Virus record (IMG/VR): IMGVR_UViG_3300046539_000030
Span: 7,070 to 71,069 of that record
Length of the DNA: 64,000 nt
DNA from: a virus
Taxonomy: Duplodnaviria; Caudoviricetes
Direction: 5' to 3' (one strand)
Part shown: in pieces, positions 55,085-64,000 of the stretch
Layout of the letters: the number at the start of each line of letters is the position of its first letter
Numbering within the stretch: the stretch's first letter is position 1
Position numbers and translations under genes: made by a program
The notes under the pieces: model-generated
Told to the model about the DNA's origin: nothing
Database searches by the model: none
What the model saw: only the letters and a program-made list of their open reading frames with translations

Positions 55085-56656
55085 TCACTTACCTCCGTTG
55101 TTTTGAAGTTGGGTAGATGTTGGAGCGAGCGTCGCGGGAGTTGCTGCCGGCTTAGGGCCAGCACCCTTGGAGTGCTCACCGACAGCCCTGTTACCCGGTG
55201 TCGTTCCAACTTCCTGCATTGGAGGCGGATTGGCTTTAATAGCTTTCTGTTCTTTCTCTGCATCGGCATCAACAGGAACGATTTCGCCCTTGCGCAAGTT
55301 CTCAAACATCGTTTCATAGCTGTACGCTTGGTTCTGCCAACCAGCGATAATAGCTGTCAGAGTCAATGCATCCATTGGAATTGGGAAGAAGTCGCGGTTC
55401 AGTTCGAACTTAACCTTATCGGTTGGAGCACCAGCAAAGCGGCAGAAAATTTTGAGCACCTTCTCAATGCCCATGGAAACCGCTTGCGCAACACTGGACA
55501 ACATGGACTGCTCACCGCCGTGGTGGATCGCAGCAGTATCAGCGGACTCAACTTTGGAAGACTGGGCTTCAAGCATGCGAGCACCAATCACAGCCATGTA
55601 ATTTTCTTTCTTGGTCAAGTTCTTTTCCAAGGCGCCCAAACCCTGCCCGGTAAATTCCAGGTAGCTTGCTTTCGCTTCTGGGCGCGGGAAGACCCAGGCA
55701 GTCATGCTGCCAATGCAGAATGTATCTTTTGCCTTACCCTCTTCATTAGTCTCCGCGACATAGCCGGAGATCACAGGTGTTGGCAAGCCGGTAAAGTGGC
55801 AACCATGTTCGTAATCCGCGGTCGTGCGATAGTGCGACAGGTTCATATCCACCAAGTCGATCAGTGGCGGTTCGTCAACCTTCCAGCTAATGTCGTCAAC
55901 GCCAATAAAATAGAACGGCAGCTCATCGAGAGTCTCGCCTTCAATCTGAGGGAAGGCTGTGCTGATTAAGACGTCCTCTTCTTTACCTTCCTTCATCTCA
56001 ACTTTAAACACGCGCACACGATAAACGTCTTTGACCACACCATCCGTGCCTTCGAGCGGCATGAAGTCCAGTACGCGGTAATGGATCTCTTCCTTGTCCT
56101 CGAACTCGTCCTTGGGAACGTCAACACATTCCTTCAACACGACCATGGACAGCTTCGTAACATTGTCGACCGTCTTGGTCTTCCAGTTGATGATGGAAAG
56201 CGCCGTGTAGATCTTCATTGTCGGGTTGAAGCGTTTGCGGTCAGCGCCAGTAGCACCAGCCGGGACAATTGGGAAGTCCACGAATATACCCAGCCGGCCC
56301 ATCTTCAAAGCAATCTCCGTGACTTCCAGAGCAAGCATATGCAGAGGGGTGCCCGCTTGGTCAACGTTTGCAATCAGCTCCGCCATGCTTTCCGGAGTAT
56401 CAACGCGAGGAGGTTTGCGGAACAGCATGCCTTGCAATCCGACAATGGTACGCCAGGTCGCATTGTAGAACGGGGTACGATCACGATAAGCTTTGTACTC
56501 AGTGTCAGTTTGTTCGGTAAGACGCGGGAGATATCTGTCCGCCGCCTTGTGAACAGCGTCTTGCCCAGCACATACGTCTGTGCAACGCTCCCACTTGGTG
56601 ATCATGTTATCGTAATCAGGATGTTGGTATTTTACGCTCATTTTAAACTCCGCCAA
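55085..56656 (-). CDS. portal protein (DUF4055-like)
   Basis: YLPRL..Y..RTPFYNAT..TI..L.G..FRK; follows the terminase. Confidence 0.85.
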   Translation of the reverse strand: MAEFKMSVKYQHPDYDNMITKWERCTDVCAGQDAVHKAADRYLPRLTEQTDTEYKAYRDRTPFYNATWRTIVGLQGMLFRKPPRVDTPESMAELIANVDQAGTPLHMLALEVTEIALKMGRLGIFVDFPIVPAGATGADRKRFNPTMKIYTALSIINWKTKTVDNVTKLSMVVLKECVDVPKDEFEDKEEIHYRVLDFMPLEGTDGVVKDVYRVRVFKVEMKEGKEEDVLISTAFPQIEGETLDELPFYFIGVDDISWKVDEPPLIDLVDMNLSHYRTTADYEHGCHFTGLPTPVISGYVAETNEEGKAKDTFCIGSMTAWVFPRPEAKASYLEFTGQGLGALEKNLTKKENYMAVIGARMLEAQSSKVESADTAAIHHGGEQSMLSSVAQAVSMGIEKVLKIFCRFAGAPTDKVKFELNRDFFPIPMDALTLTAIIAGWQNQAYSYETMFENLRKGEIVPVDADAEKEQKAIKANPPPMQEVGTTPGNRAVGEHSKGAGPKPAATPATLAPTSTQLQNNGGK

Positions 56657-58085
56657 TTTTAACTTTATGAACTACATGGTCGGCCGCAAGAACGCGATAC
56701 CTAGTATCGTCCGCAGCATGGTCTTCTGCATCTGTGTCCACGTCGTCAGGGTCACGCATATCCCTTGGGATTGGTGGAACGGTACGAATAAAATCTCTAC
56801 AAGTGTTGAAAATATACAAACCCGGTTTTTCCAAGTCGTCCTCTGCAACAGCAGACAAACGATCACGCATCAGCTCCCAACCGTTCTTACGGCTACCCGA
56901 ACGCTTATCTGCCAGGTTCCAGTACACGCCTTCAGACTCCATGTTCTGGCCGATAGAAGCGTCATCCGTAACCGCATAGATAGCAGCGTCAGCAGGGCCT
57001 TGCATCACACGGTGTTCGATGCCCATCTGGCGCTCACGATTCTTAATACCGATCGCAACGTTCTTGGCAGTCATCCGCATACCTTCATTGGGCTTGCCGG
57101 TGCAACCATACCATTCGCCAATGCGAATCAAAGTCTTGGGCGGAAATTGGCGCTTGGTGCCATCGGGCATAACTGCTTCAGTACCGTCTGTCTGTGCCCA
57201 CCAACCCACGCTGAACGGCTTGCTCGAGCCCCAGTCGAAGCTGCGGTCAACTTTCCAGCTAGGTGGAATTTTAAACGGTTTGAGGATATGTTTCTCAGCG
57301 TTCCACAAATCATCGAACATACCGCCGGAGGTGATATCCCACGAACCTTCAAGCCAAGCTTTACGTTTGTTCTTGTCAGTAATGGATTGCAGCGTCTTGA
57401 CATAGTCTTCGCCAAGGTACGGGTTCTCTTTGATGGAACCGAACAGCGCCACCCGCTTATTGCCATCTCCATCGGTAATGACATGCCCATAAGGGGCAGG
57501 GTCAATGAAGTAACCCTTCACCCAGGCATGCCCCACGCCATACGGGTTTGTTGAGCTGCGAATAATACGCGGGATGGAAGGTAAGCGGGGCGTTCCTTGA
57601 AACGAAGAACGGTTCGTGGACTTCATCGACTCGTAACTATCGATACTGGGCCAGCTTGTCAATTCTTCCCATCCAACGAATGGGTATTCATGCCCGTGGT
57701 ACGACCAATAATCTTCTTGGTCTTCAAACGCACGCAACAGCAATTCTTCGCCAGTTGGCCAAACCCATTTAAGACTACTACTTCCTGCAAGAAAGCGAGG
57801 CTTCTGCGCTGAACGATTAAACCATCGCTTCGACTTAGAGATAATATCATCCAAGTGCTTGTAATTCCGTCGAAAAATAACGCCCCGCCAGTAGTCGCCA
57901 TATCCCCTCCCGCAATACTGCGCGAACGCCATAAGCATTGCATCAGTCTTTCCAGGGCCGCGCGTACCTGCAAAGCAAACTTCACGAATAGGGCTTTGCA
58001 GAAAAAGGGTCTGACTACCAGGCAGCGCCCTCCAGATTGGGGGCGGTAATATAATCTTCTTCGACGGAAGAACAAGGTTGGACAT
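56643..58085 (-). CDS. terL: terminase large subunit
   Basis: GTRGPGKT Walker A, WEELT Walker B, STNPYG, DWGSSKPF, EDHAADDTRY. Confidence 0.92.
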   Translation of the reverse strand: MSNLVLPSKKIILPPPIWRALPGSQTLFLQSPIREVCFAGTRGPGKTDAMLMAFAQYCGRGYGDYWRGVIFRRNYKHLDDIISKSKRWFNRSAQKPRFLAGSSSLKWVWPTGEELLLRAFEDQEDYWSYHGHEYPFVGWEELTSWPSIDSYESMKSTNRSSFQGTPRLPSIPRIIRSSTNPYGVGHAWVKGYFIDPAPYGHVITDGDGNKRVALFGSIKENPYLGEDYVKTLQSITDKNKRKAWLEGSWDITSGGMFDDLWNAEKHILKPFKIPPSWKVDRSFDWGSSKPFSVGWWAQTDGTEAVMPDGTKRQFPPKTLIRIGEWYGCTGKPNEGMRMTAKNVAIGIKNRERQMGIEHRVMQGPADAAIYAVTDDASIGQNMESEGVYWNLADKRSGSRKNGWELMRDRLSAVAEDDLEKPGLYIFNTCRDFIRTVPPIPRDMRDPDDVDTDAEDHAADDTRYRVLAADHVVHKVKIGGV

Positions 58086-58612
58086 TAGTGAACAGTTGGT
58101 GTGGCCACAGGCGCAGGACTGTCAGGCGCAGTCAACGCGGTTTGTTGAGCTGCTGCACGACGCGTCCATTCCTCTTCTGTAATCATACCAGGCACAACGA
58201 ATTCACCTGCGCCTTCACCTTCTTCTGCACCCTTAGGCACAACATCCATCTGATACAAGCTTGCGAGCTTCGACCAGGCAGCTACCCGAGCACTTTGTGA
58301 ACTACCTGCGCCCCGGAAATTAGCTTCACGCATCAAGCCGGCAACAATACGCTTCTTGACATCTTCAGGCTCGTTGGATACTGTATCGCCTTCGGTCTTT
58401 TTGATTTGTTGCAAGACATATGGGTCTTGCATTAATTTGATAGAATACTCTTTTGCGAAAGCCAAGGAGTAGCCGATCCGCATTGCTGCTTGCAATGCAT
58501 CGTAATCACTGAGGTACTCTGCAACGAATTTATCGCGGAGCTGACGCTCGCGGAGGCTCAACGTCACTGTGTACGTCGGCTCATCAATCGTTTGGTCTTC
58601 GAAGTCGGACAT
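58085..58612 (-). CDS. terS: terminase small subunit
   Basis: KFVAEYL.DYDALQAAMRIGYS HTH; directly upstream of terL. Confidence 0.85.
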   Translation of the reverse strand: MSDFEDQTIDEPTYTVTLSLRERQLRDKFVAEYLSDYDALQAAMRIGYSLAFAKEYSIKLMQDPYVLQQIKKTEGDTVSNEPEDVKKRIVAGLMREANFRGAGSSQSARVAAWSKLASLYQMDVVPKGAEEGEGAGEFVVPGMITEEEWTRRAAAQQTALTAPDSPAPVATPTVH

Positions 58613-58644
58613 GCCCTGGCTCCATGATACTCACTATTGGCTAG

Positions 58645-58674
58645 AGTATAGTTTGGAACTTACAAGGAGGGCAA
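58645..58674 (-). promoter_or_regulatory. sigma70-like promoter TTGCCC-N18-TATACT for the terminase operon
   Basis: Minus-strand -35 at 58674-58669, -10 at 58650-58645. Confidence 0.5.
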
Positions 58675-58691
58675 GCGTTTATTTTTGGGGG

Positions 58692-58819
58692 AGTAAAACA
58701 GGGGTAAAACGTACCGGGCAAAACACGGCAAGGGGTGTAGGCGCTGCGCTGCTGCTGGGGTAGGGTAAAGGGGTGCAACTATATAAAGCGCACCCCGTAA
58801 CGCGTTTAAGCGCGCCAGT
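58692..58819. other. GA/TC-free island G upstream of terS
   Basis: 128 nt with no GA or TC (152 nt from 58668 with one GA); G-runs; GGGGTGC/GCACCCC hairpin. Confidence 0.9.
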
Positions 58820-59180
58820 CCCCTATCCGCCAACGAGTAATATTTGGTCGAAACGCTAGGATATTCAATAATGCATCATAACTTTCCTGCTGGCGTATCG
58901 TCCTTGTACCTGTAAGCAAGATGACTAGATTGCACTTGTCCAATGATTTTACATTCTCCAGGCAACCTATATGCTGACAGCGCCTGCGAATAGCCATGGA
59001 AAAGTCATCCGTGAAGCGACTGGAATCCGCATACACATAAATGATTTCATCTTTAATTATTGCGGACATTGCCGTCAACATCACATGCACATCATCAGGG
59101 TTGTGAGGGCGACGATTACGCATTAACGTGGCTTCAATCAACGCCTTCATCACAGCTTGATCTTTAGTTAAGCTGGTCAT
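58806..59180 (-). CDS. hypothetical protein
   Basis: 124 aa coupled ORF. Confidence 0.6.
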   Translation of the reverse strand: MTSLTKDQAVMKALIEATLMRNRRPHNPDDVHVMLTAMSAIIKDEIIYVYADSSRFTDDFSMAIRRRCQHIGCLENVKSLDKCNLVILLTGTRTIRQQESYDALLNILAFRPNITRWRIGDWRA

Positions 59181-59560
59181 GTGCCCTCCGACATATACCA
59201 GTCAAGGGTCTCTCTAGCTTTTTCCCAATGGTCACAGCAGCGATATAGATACTTCTGCTCTATTAGGTATGCTCCAAATTCCTTTTGGTTTGCAGATTCT
59301 CTTCCGCCAGGCTTCTTCATTTCAATGTAAAGACCGTGGAATCCTTTTCGGGCGCAGGGTAAGCTAATGTCACTCACACCTGACTTAACGCCCTCCGCTT
59401 TGAGCCTGGCAGCAACGGCAGCATTTCGTTCACCTCCGTTTGGAATAGCATGCAGCCATTTCAGTTCAGGGTACTTCTCCAGGTTCCTATTCACCCAGCA
59501 GAACAGAGCAGTCTGGTGCGCGTGCTCAGTATTTGGTGCAGCGAGTTGTTCCGGTGTCAT
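59177..59560 (-). CDS. VRR-NUC domain nuclease
   Basis: EHAHQ, HAIPNGG, GVKSGVSDI, YIEMK, SANQKEF. Confidence 0.88.
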   Translation of the reverse strand: MTPEQLAAPNTEHAHQTALFCWVNRNLEKYPELKWLHAIPNGGERNAAVAARLKAEGVKSGVSDISLPCARKGFHGLYIEMKKPGGRESANQKEFGAYLIEQKYLYRCCDHWEKARETLDWYMSEGT

Positions 59561-59883
59561 CTGAGGCCTTTCATCTTCGCGTAACTTTTTGGCCCCATCA
59601 TCAGCGAGTCAACAGTTGCGTAAATTTCATCCTTCGTGCCAAAGAACTCGAGCATCCACTTATCCATTTCTCTCGCAAACTCCGGAGTCACCACCCTGCG
59701 AGCTTCAATTGAAAGCTGCATCTTAGGCATGTTGTCCAGCAACGGGTTGATGTGGACTTTATAACCCAGAATATTCTGAGGTGGTGGCGGGGCTTTGCCT
59801 GGAAGCCTTAACTCTTTTTGGAGGATCTTCATGCTCTCGCGGAGCGTATCCATGCTCAGGGTGCTGTTAGTCGCGTTACTCAT
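59557..59883 (-). CDS. hypothetical protein
   Basis: Probable start MSNATN at 59883. Confidence 0.55.
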   Translation of the reverse strand: MSNATNSTLSMDTLRESMKILQKELRLPGKAPPPPQNILGYKVHINPLLDNMPKMQLSIEARRVVTPEFAREMDKWMLEFFGTKDEIYATVDSLMMGPKSYAKMKGLR

Positions 59884-60382
59884 TTGCAAGCTCTCCCGGT
59901 CCAGGCAAAGGCGAGCGATGCGGCTTGCCTGCTTGCTTTGCACGAATTTGTTCAACCTTAGTCCAGATACGCCCAAGCTCAATATCGCCTTGTGCGTGCA
60001 TGTTAAGACCTTGAGCCAAGCAAAGCGCCGCCAGCGTAATCATCACGCCACCAACTTCTTGCCCTTTCTCGCCAACAGGCCGACCGTACACATAGTCAAC
60101 GAGCAAATGCGCGTCTTCTTGGGTACAGCCGCACGCCTGAACCAGTTCCAGGGCTTCTTCCAGGAAGCGGTGGTTGCGTTCGTTTGTATCGGCAGAAATT
60201 GCAGGCCCAAAGCAAGCCATCATCCACGGTTGAACGCGGTCTTGCAATTCGCTGGGAAGCAATTCCATTATTTGCGGAATTAAAAGTTCGGCCAGTTCAA
60301 AATCAGGCGTGTTGGTTTTGGCGTCAATGCTGTGATAATTCAGAGCGAACTGCAACGCAAGTTTGACAGTTTGTTTATTCAT
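59876..60382 (-). CDS. hypothetical protein with MazG-like C-terminal helices
   Basis: ERNHRFLEEALEL..QEVGGV. Confidence 0.6.
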   Translation of the reverse strand: MNKQTVKLALQFALNYHSIDAKTNTPDFELAELLIPQIMELLPSELQDRVQPWMMACFGPAISADTNERNHRFLEEALELVQACGCTQEDAHLLVDYVYGRPVGEKGQEVGGVMITLAALCLAQGLNMHAQGDIELGRIWTKVEQIRAKQAGKPHRSPLPGPGELANE

Positions 60383-60629
60383 TTGGCACCTCGGGCGTAA
60401 CGTAATGGTTTGGAATGACGATCTTCACTTTGCCGTGCTTGATGGTGGTCAGGAAGTGCTCGCCTTTAATGACAAATTCACCGTCAATGGTGCGCTCGGG
60501 CACTTCAACTATGTGAGCTTCGTCGTCAGCATGCAGGCAGTCTTTGAGGAGCACGCCTTGGAAGTACACCTCTGCTATGGCATGATAGGTGGTGTAGTCC
60601 GGGTGATTTGGGTCTGCGGAAATTTTCAT
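60375..60629 (-). CDS. hypothetical protein
   Basis: 84 aa ORF in operon. Confidence 0.6.
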   Translation of the reverse strand: MKISADPNHPDYTTYHAIAEVYFQGVLLKDCLHADDEAHIVEVPERTIDGEFVIKGEHFLTTIKHGKVKIVIPNHYVTPEVPNE

Positions 60630-60634
60630 GGCAT

Positions 60635-61318
60635 TTAGGATTCGAAATATTTGTTGTAAATACTCAAAATGAGCTCCGATTGCTTATCATTGAACACAGC
60701 GGCGTTACGATGTTCGTTGTAAATTCGCAGGAGCGGCTGGAGAAGCATGTGGTCATCGTGTGCAATGTCCGCCTGGTGGTAAGTAAGACGCAGCTTACGG
60801 GCGAGCTCTTGGGATTCAGATTTGGTGCGTGCCATTTCAGTGCCTCCGGACGGGTTGTTTGCTTGGACTGGCACATCTATGACGGGAAGGGTAAGTGTAT
60901 CATACCCGTTTCCACAATAAATGTCAAATTTACAAGCAATTTGGACAGCTTCCGGAGCGGATTTACCGCATTCCATCGCAGCAATCGCATAATTCCGCCC
61001 ACTTCCCATGGCAAATTTAACGTCCTCCACTAAATAAGGGTGCCCGGAACACTCATATTTCCAAATCGCCCCATTATTTGCAATCAAAACAATATGAAGA
61101 CACGTTTCCACGTCCTGCTGAAATTTCGGGCAATGCTTGGGCGCTGCATCTTTCTCCCGAAACCATTCCAGGATAGCACCGAACCGTGAAAATTCCCCGG
61201 CAACCCCGAGCAATCCCTGCGGCACTTCATATATCTTGGTGACCACACTAGCTAGGCCGCTCAAAGTCGCCCGTTTGTCAGCTGCTAAGGTCTGACCGTC
61301 CCATGCGATTATTGTCAT
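60635..61318 (-). CDS. Ntn-hydrolase (HslV/proteasome beta-like) with C-terminal extension
   Basis: N-terminal T (MTIIA..LAADK), K, GVAG, GSG; internal GGAGG-ATG at 60835. Confidence 0.7.
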   Translation of the reverse strand: MTIIAWDGQTLAADKRATLSGLASVVTKIYEVPQGLLGVAGEFSRFGAILEWFREKDAAPKHCPKFQQDVETCLHIVLIANNGAIWKYECSGHPYLVEDVKFAMGSGRNYAIAAMECGKSAPEAVQIACKFDIYCGNGYDTLTLPVIDVPVQANNPSGGTEMARTKSESQELARKLRLTYHQADIAHDDHMLLQPLLRIYNEHRNAAVFNDKQSELILSIYNKYFES

Positions 61319-61860
61319 GATGCGTAATGGACAGCCACTCGAGTTAGTTCATAATAAGCATGAAGGAAAGCCAATCGCGCTTGCTTCGGCGGCACTGGAA
61401 CGATTGTAAAGGGCAAAGGTTTTTCGTCCGGGTTATTGCCTACAATCATGAAATGGGGCGGAGTTGTAATTAAGTCACGCATCTCCGTCGCCAAAACTAT
61501 ATTGTCCGCACGTTTGACGCTATAGTGCATCAATAACGGTGTGCCAAACCGCTTGAAAATCTCCATTTGCAGAGCAGTCTCAATGGTGCGGTATTCCGGC
61601 AGCATTTGTTTGAGCGGCCTGGTAATGTCATGGATAAAAGCTTCTGAGGCGTCATGCAAGAGGGCTTGCATACGATGTTCGGTAGCAACCAACCGGCTGA
61701 CGAGCACGGAATGCTGGGCTACGGAATAGAAATCATCGCACTGCCCGGCAAATCGGCAGGTATTGGACAGGCCCTGTGCAATGTCTTCGATGGTGAATTT
61801 ACTGAATTCTGGGTTTTCAAAGTCAACGAACCCGCCGCTGTTGGTAGTCATGTAGTTCAT
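61315..61860 (-). CDS. HD-domain 5'-deoxynucleotidase-like protein
   Basis: DIAQGLS..RFAG..YSVAQH..LLHDASEAF..D; probable start 61860. Confidence 0.85.
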   Translation of the reverse strand: MNYMTTNSGGFVDFENPEFSKFTIEDIAQGLSNTCRFAGQCDDFYSVAQHSVLVSRLVATEHRMQALLHDASEAFIHDITRPLKQMLPEYRTIETALQMEIFKRFGTPLLMHYSVKRADNIVLATEMRDLITTPPHFMIVGNNPDEKPLPFTIVPVPPKQARLAFLHAYYELTRVAVHYAS

Positions 61861-61861
61861 G

Positions 61862-62107
61862 TTACACCTCGTTATATTGTGGGACGATACGGATAGCGGT
61901 GGGTTCTTTGGATTGGGATGAGCAGTCGGCATAAAAGCCGTTATTGCTGCCGAAATGACCATCGGAGAACTTATAGATGGTGCAATTGTCGTTCGTGAAG
62001 ATCTTTGTGACGGCAATGTGCCCGTCAGGAATGTTGTTTAAGCGGACGGCAAGAGTGCCGCCGGCGGTTATGATAACGAGTAAAGCAACGAGCAAAATCT
62101 TTTTCAT
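61862..62107 (-). CDS. small exported/membrane protein
   Basis: Signal-like N-terminus. Confidence 0.55.
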   Translation of the reverse strand: MKKILLVALLVIITAGGTLAVRLNNIPDGHIAVTKIFTNDNCTIYKFSDGHFGSNNGFYADCSSQSKEPTAIRIVPQYNEV

Positions 62108-62172
62108 TTCTTATTCCTTTCTTTCGATTTTAACTACTGGCGTGATGGGTTGTGGGTGCTAGCGGATGGGTT

Positions 62173-62373
62173 TCATTGTTTCTCCTTTATGGCAATTTCA
62201 AAACTGAGCATGAGAATAGCATACTCGACGGAACTACCGTACAAATCAATCATACGACGCAGAGAGTCCTGGGCAATACGGATCTCCATTTGCTCTTCCG
62301 GTGGGAAAGCTAGGAGGCGTTCTTCCATAATGCTCAGGGATGTTTGTGCAGCCGTTTGAGCTTCGGAGGCCAT
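62173..62373 (-). CDS. hypothetical protein
   Basis: Coupled ORF, probable ATG at 62373. Confidence 0.55.
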   Translation of the reverse strand: MASEAQTAAQTSLSIMEERLLAFPPEEQMEIRIAQDSLRRMIDLYGSSVEYAILMLSFEIAIKEKQ

Positions 62374-62606
62374 TAAAACTTCCATTCTTGAGTGCAGAGG
62401 AACATTGCTTGAGCTTCGGTGAAGCCTTGGGCAATAGCATTTTCGTACTTGGAACGAATAGCGCGGGCTTGGACTTCATGCACCTCCATGGTCATTAGGA
62501 AGTTGTCACGTATGGTTTGAATAGACTTAGCCAAGCTTGCGCCGGCCTGGTTGACTGGTTGGGGCTTCGGCAAGTTGTATGGAGGTGGCTGGGTTGGGTC
62601 GCTCAT
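62373..62606 (-). CDS. hypothetical protein
   Basis: 77 aa; IAQGFTEAQAMFL C-terminus. Confidence 0.6.
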   Translation of the reverse strand: MSDPTQPPPYNLPKPQPVNQAGASLAKSIQTIRDNFLMTMEVHEVQARAIRSKYENAIAQGFTEAQAMFLCTQEWKF

Positions 62607-62638
62607 TCTGGTCTCCTTGGTTTTTGTTGGCTTGTTGA

Positions 62639-62890
62639 TTATTGAATGGTCGGTTTGTACAGCCCGAGCATGAAAGTGGTGATGGGCGCCCAGGCAACGA
62701 AGTATTCTCCCAGATCACCGTCCCAATACCCTGGAACGCTGACGCCTCCAATAGTCAGCAGTTGCAGAGGATTGGAAAGGAGGTTGTCGGGTGGCACAGT
62801 GAACTGCCACGTCAACGTCATTTTTGGAATGGGTTGCATAAAATGGCTCCGAAGAGCTGGCAGTTGTTCGCGTGTGAAATACATTGACAT
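62639..62890 (-). CDS. hypothetical protein
   Basis: 83 aa ORF. Confidence 0.5.
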   Translation of the reverse strand: MSMYFTREQLPALRSHFMQPIPKMTLTWQFTVPPDNLLSNPLQLLTIGGVSVPGYWDGDLGEYFVAWAPITTFMLGLYKPTIQ

Positions 62891-62940
62891 TGGGGTGTCT
62901 CTTTGTGGTGCTTGGATATTGTAGTGCTTGGATATTGTGG

Positions 62941-63828
62941 TTATACGGCCATTGGAGCTTTAATCGCCGGATGATGCAGATAATGTTGCAAGGTAATGTC
63001 GGTCGGATGGAGATTCAGCAGCTGATAGTCCAGCTCGTGGGTGGTTGGTTCTATAAAGTGCTTGATGGTAAGGTTGGGCAGCGGGAACGGGTCGCGTGTC
63101 AGTTGTTCTTGCACTTGGTCGATGTGGTTGGTGTAGATATGCGCGTCGGCCAGGAACATGGTGAGCCTGCCAGGTCTGTAACCGCTCCAGTTGGCAAAGA
63201 GGTGCAGCAGAATCGCATAGGAGGCAATATTAAACGGCACGCCCAGGAACATGTCACAACTGCGCTGATACATGGTCATGTGCAGCGTTTTAGTGCTGAC
63301 ATGCGGCAGCAATTGGAACATGAGGTGGCACGGTGGGAGACAGGTTTCTTGTAATTCCGATGGGTTCCAGGAATTGACAATAATTCTGCGGGATTGTGGG
63401 TCGTTGCGGAGGGTATTCAGGGCGGCTGAAAGCTGGTCTGTCTTGTGGTTATAATCTCGCCACTGTACGCCGTAGATGCGCCCGAGGTCGTCACCGGGGT
63501 CGGTGTTGTAAGGGGAGTTGAGCCAGCTTGGAGCGTTTGCATTTTGATCCCAGACGTCGCAGCCCAAGGCTTTGAATTGGCTAAGTGAGCGATTACCACG
63601 GAGGAAAGCAATGAGTTCGCCCTTGACCTGATTAAAGGCAAGCTTCTTTGTTGTGATTGCGGGGAAGCCGTCCTGCATATTGAATTGCAATACTGCGCCC
63701 GGGACTGTGAGGGTGGCCACACCAGTCCGGTTCTGCTGGCGAGCGCCGGTGTCCAAAATATGTTGCAAAAGATGGAGGTATTGGTGTTCAGGATGAAATG
63801 CTGAGTGCATCATTTGTCCGTTGGGCAT
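62941..63828 (-). CDS. thyA: thymidylate synthase
   Basis: RTGV, GRIYGVQWR, LPPCH, YQRSCDMFLGVPFNIASY, DAHIYTNH. Confidence 0.97.
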   Translation of the reverse strand: MPNGQMMHSAFHPEHQYLHLLQHILDTGARQQNRTGVATLTVPGAVLQFNMQDGFPAITTKKLAFNQVKGELIAFLRGNRSLSQFKALGCDVWDQNANAPSWLNSPYNTDPGDDLGRIYGVQWRDYNHKTDQLSAALNTLRNDPQSRRIIVNSWNPSELQETCLPPCHLMFQLLPHVSTKTLHMTMYQRSCDMFLGVPFNIASYAILLHLFANWSGYRPGRLTMFLADAHIYTNHIDQVQEQLTRDPFPLPNLTIKHFIEPTTHELDYQLLNLHPTDITLQHYLHHPAIKAPMAV

Positions 63829-64000
63829 CTGCGTGGTCTCGGTAGGGTTTATATAGGGTTGCGGTGTTGTACTAATTTACAGGGGGTAATAGGCTCTGGC
63901 AAGCGAAAACGGGTGATAGACGCTTGTAAAATTTTCCCAGTTTTTTTTTGGGATCGGGAGAAGGAGAGGGGGGGGTGATTGGGATGAGGGTGGTCAGAGA

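Noticed and set aside
47457-57554. Long + strand ORFs (47457-48641, 53031-54188, 55019-55969, 56667-57554)
   Set aside because: Antisense shadows of strongly biased structural genes; no RBS or recognisable motifs.
1317-58819. Regular periodic spacing of the GA-free islands
   Set aside because: Gaps range from about 5.7 to 14.7 kb; two are ~5.7 kb but there is no consistent period.
1317-58819. Avoidance of GGC (second CAjan motif) in the islands
   Set aside because: GGC/GCC occurs repeatedly within the islands; only GA/TC is excluded.
15-63828. Alternative genetic code or stop-codon recoding
   Set aside because: Genes are intact under code 11 and use TAA, TGA and TAG as stops; no suppressor tRNA is evident.

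Overview
The window is most or all of a ~64 kb, ~50% GC tailed dsDNA phage genome (siphovirus-type). No integrase is visible. Positions 1-30.7 kb (+ strand) hold early/accessory genes and replication/recombination genes: primase-polymerase, ATP-dependent ligase, AAA ATPase, DUF669 SSB, Cas4-like nuclease, SF2 helicase, beta-clamp-like protein, family B polymerase and a J-domain protein. The same arm carries a complete 7-deazaguanine DNA-modification set (queE, queC, queD, PRTase-folE fusion, dpdA) and RtcB. Positions 30.8-63.8 kb (- strand) hold lysis, tail, head, packaging and nucleotide-metabolism genes. Three signals stand out. (1) There are seven ~100-155 bp islands free or almost free of GA and its complement TC, rich in G/C runs and sharing motifs. 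Three of them run through protein-coding sequence. GA is the motif reported to be modified by the DpdA of coliphage CAjan, so these may be programmed unmodified windows. (2) There are three tRNA-shaped genes with normal acceptor/T arms but a replaced, truncated or distorted anticodon arm, no canonical tRNA, and an RtcB ligase. (3) There is a ~340 nt ORF-free, heavily base-paired region with pseudoknot potential (9261-9600). Product names come from motif recognition by eye; no database search was run.
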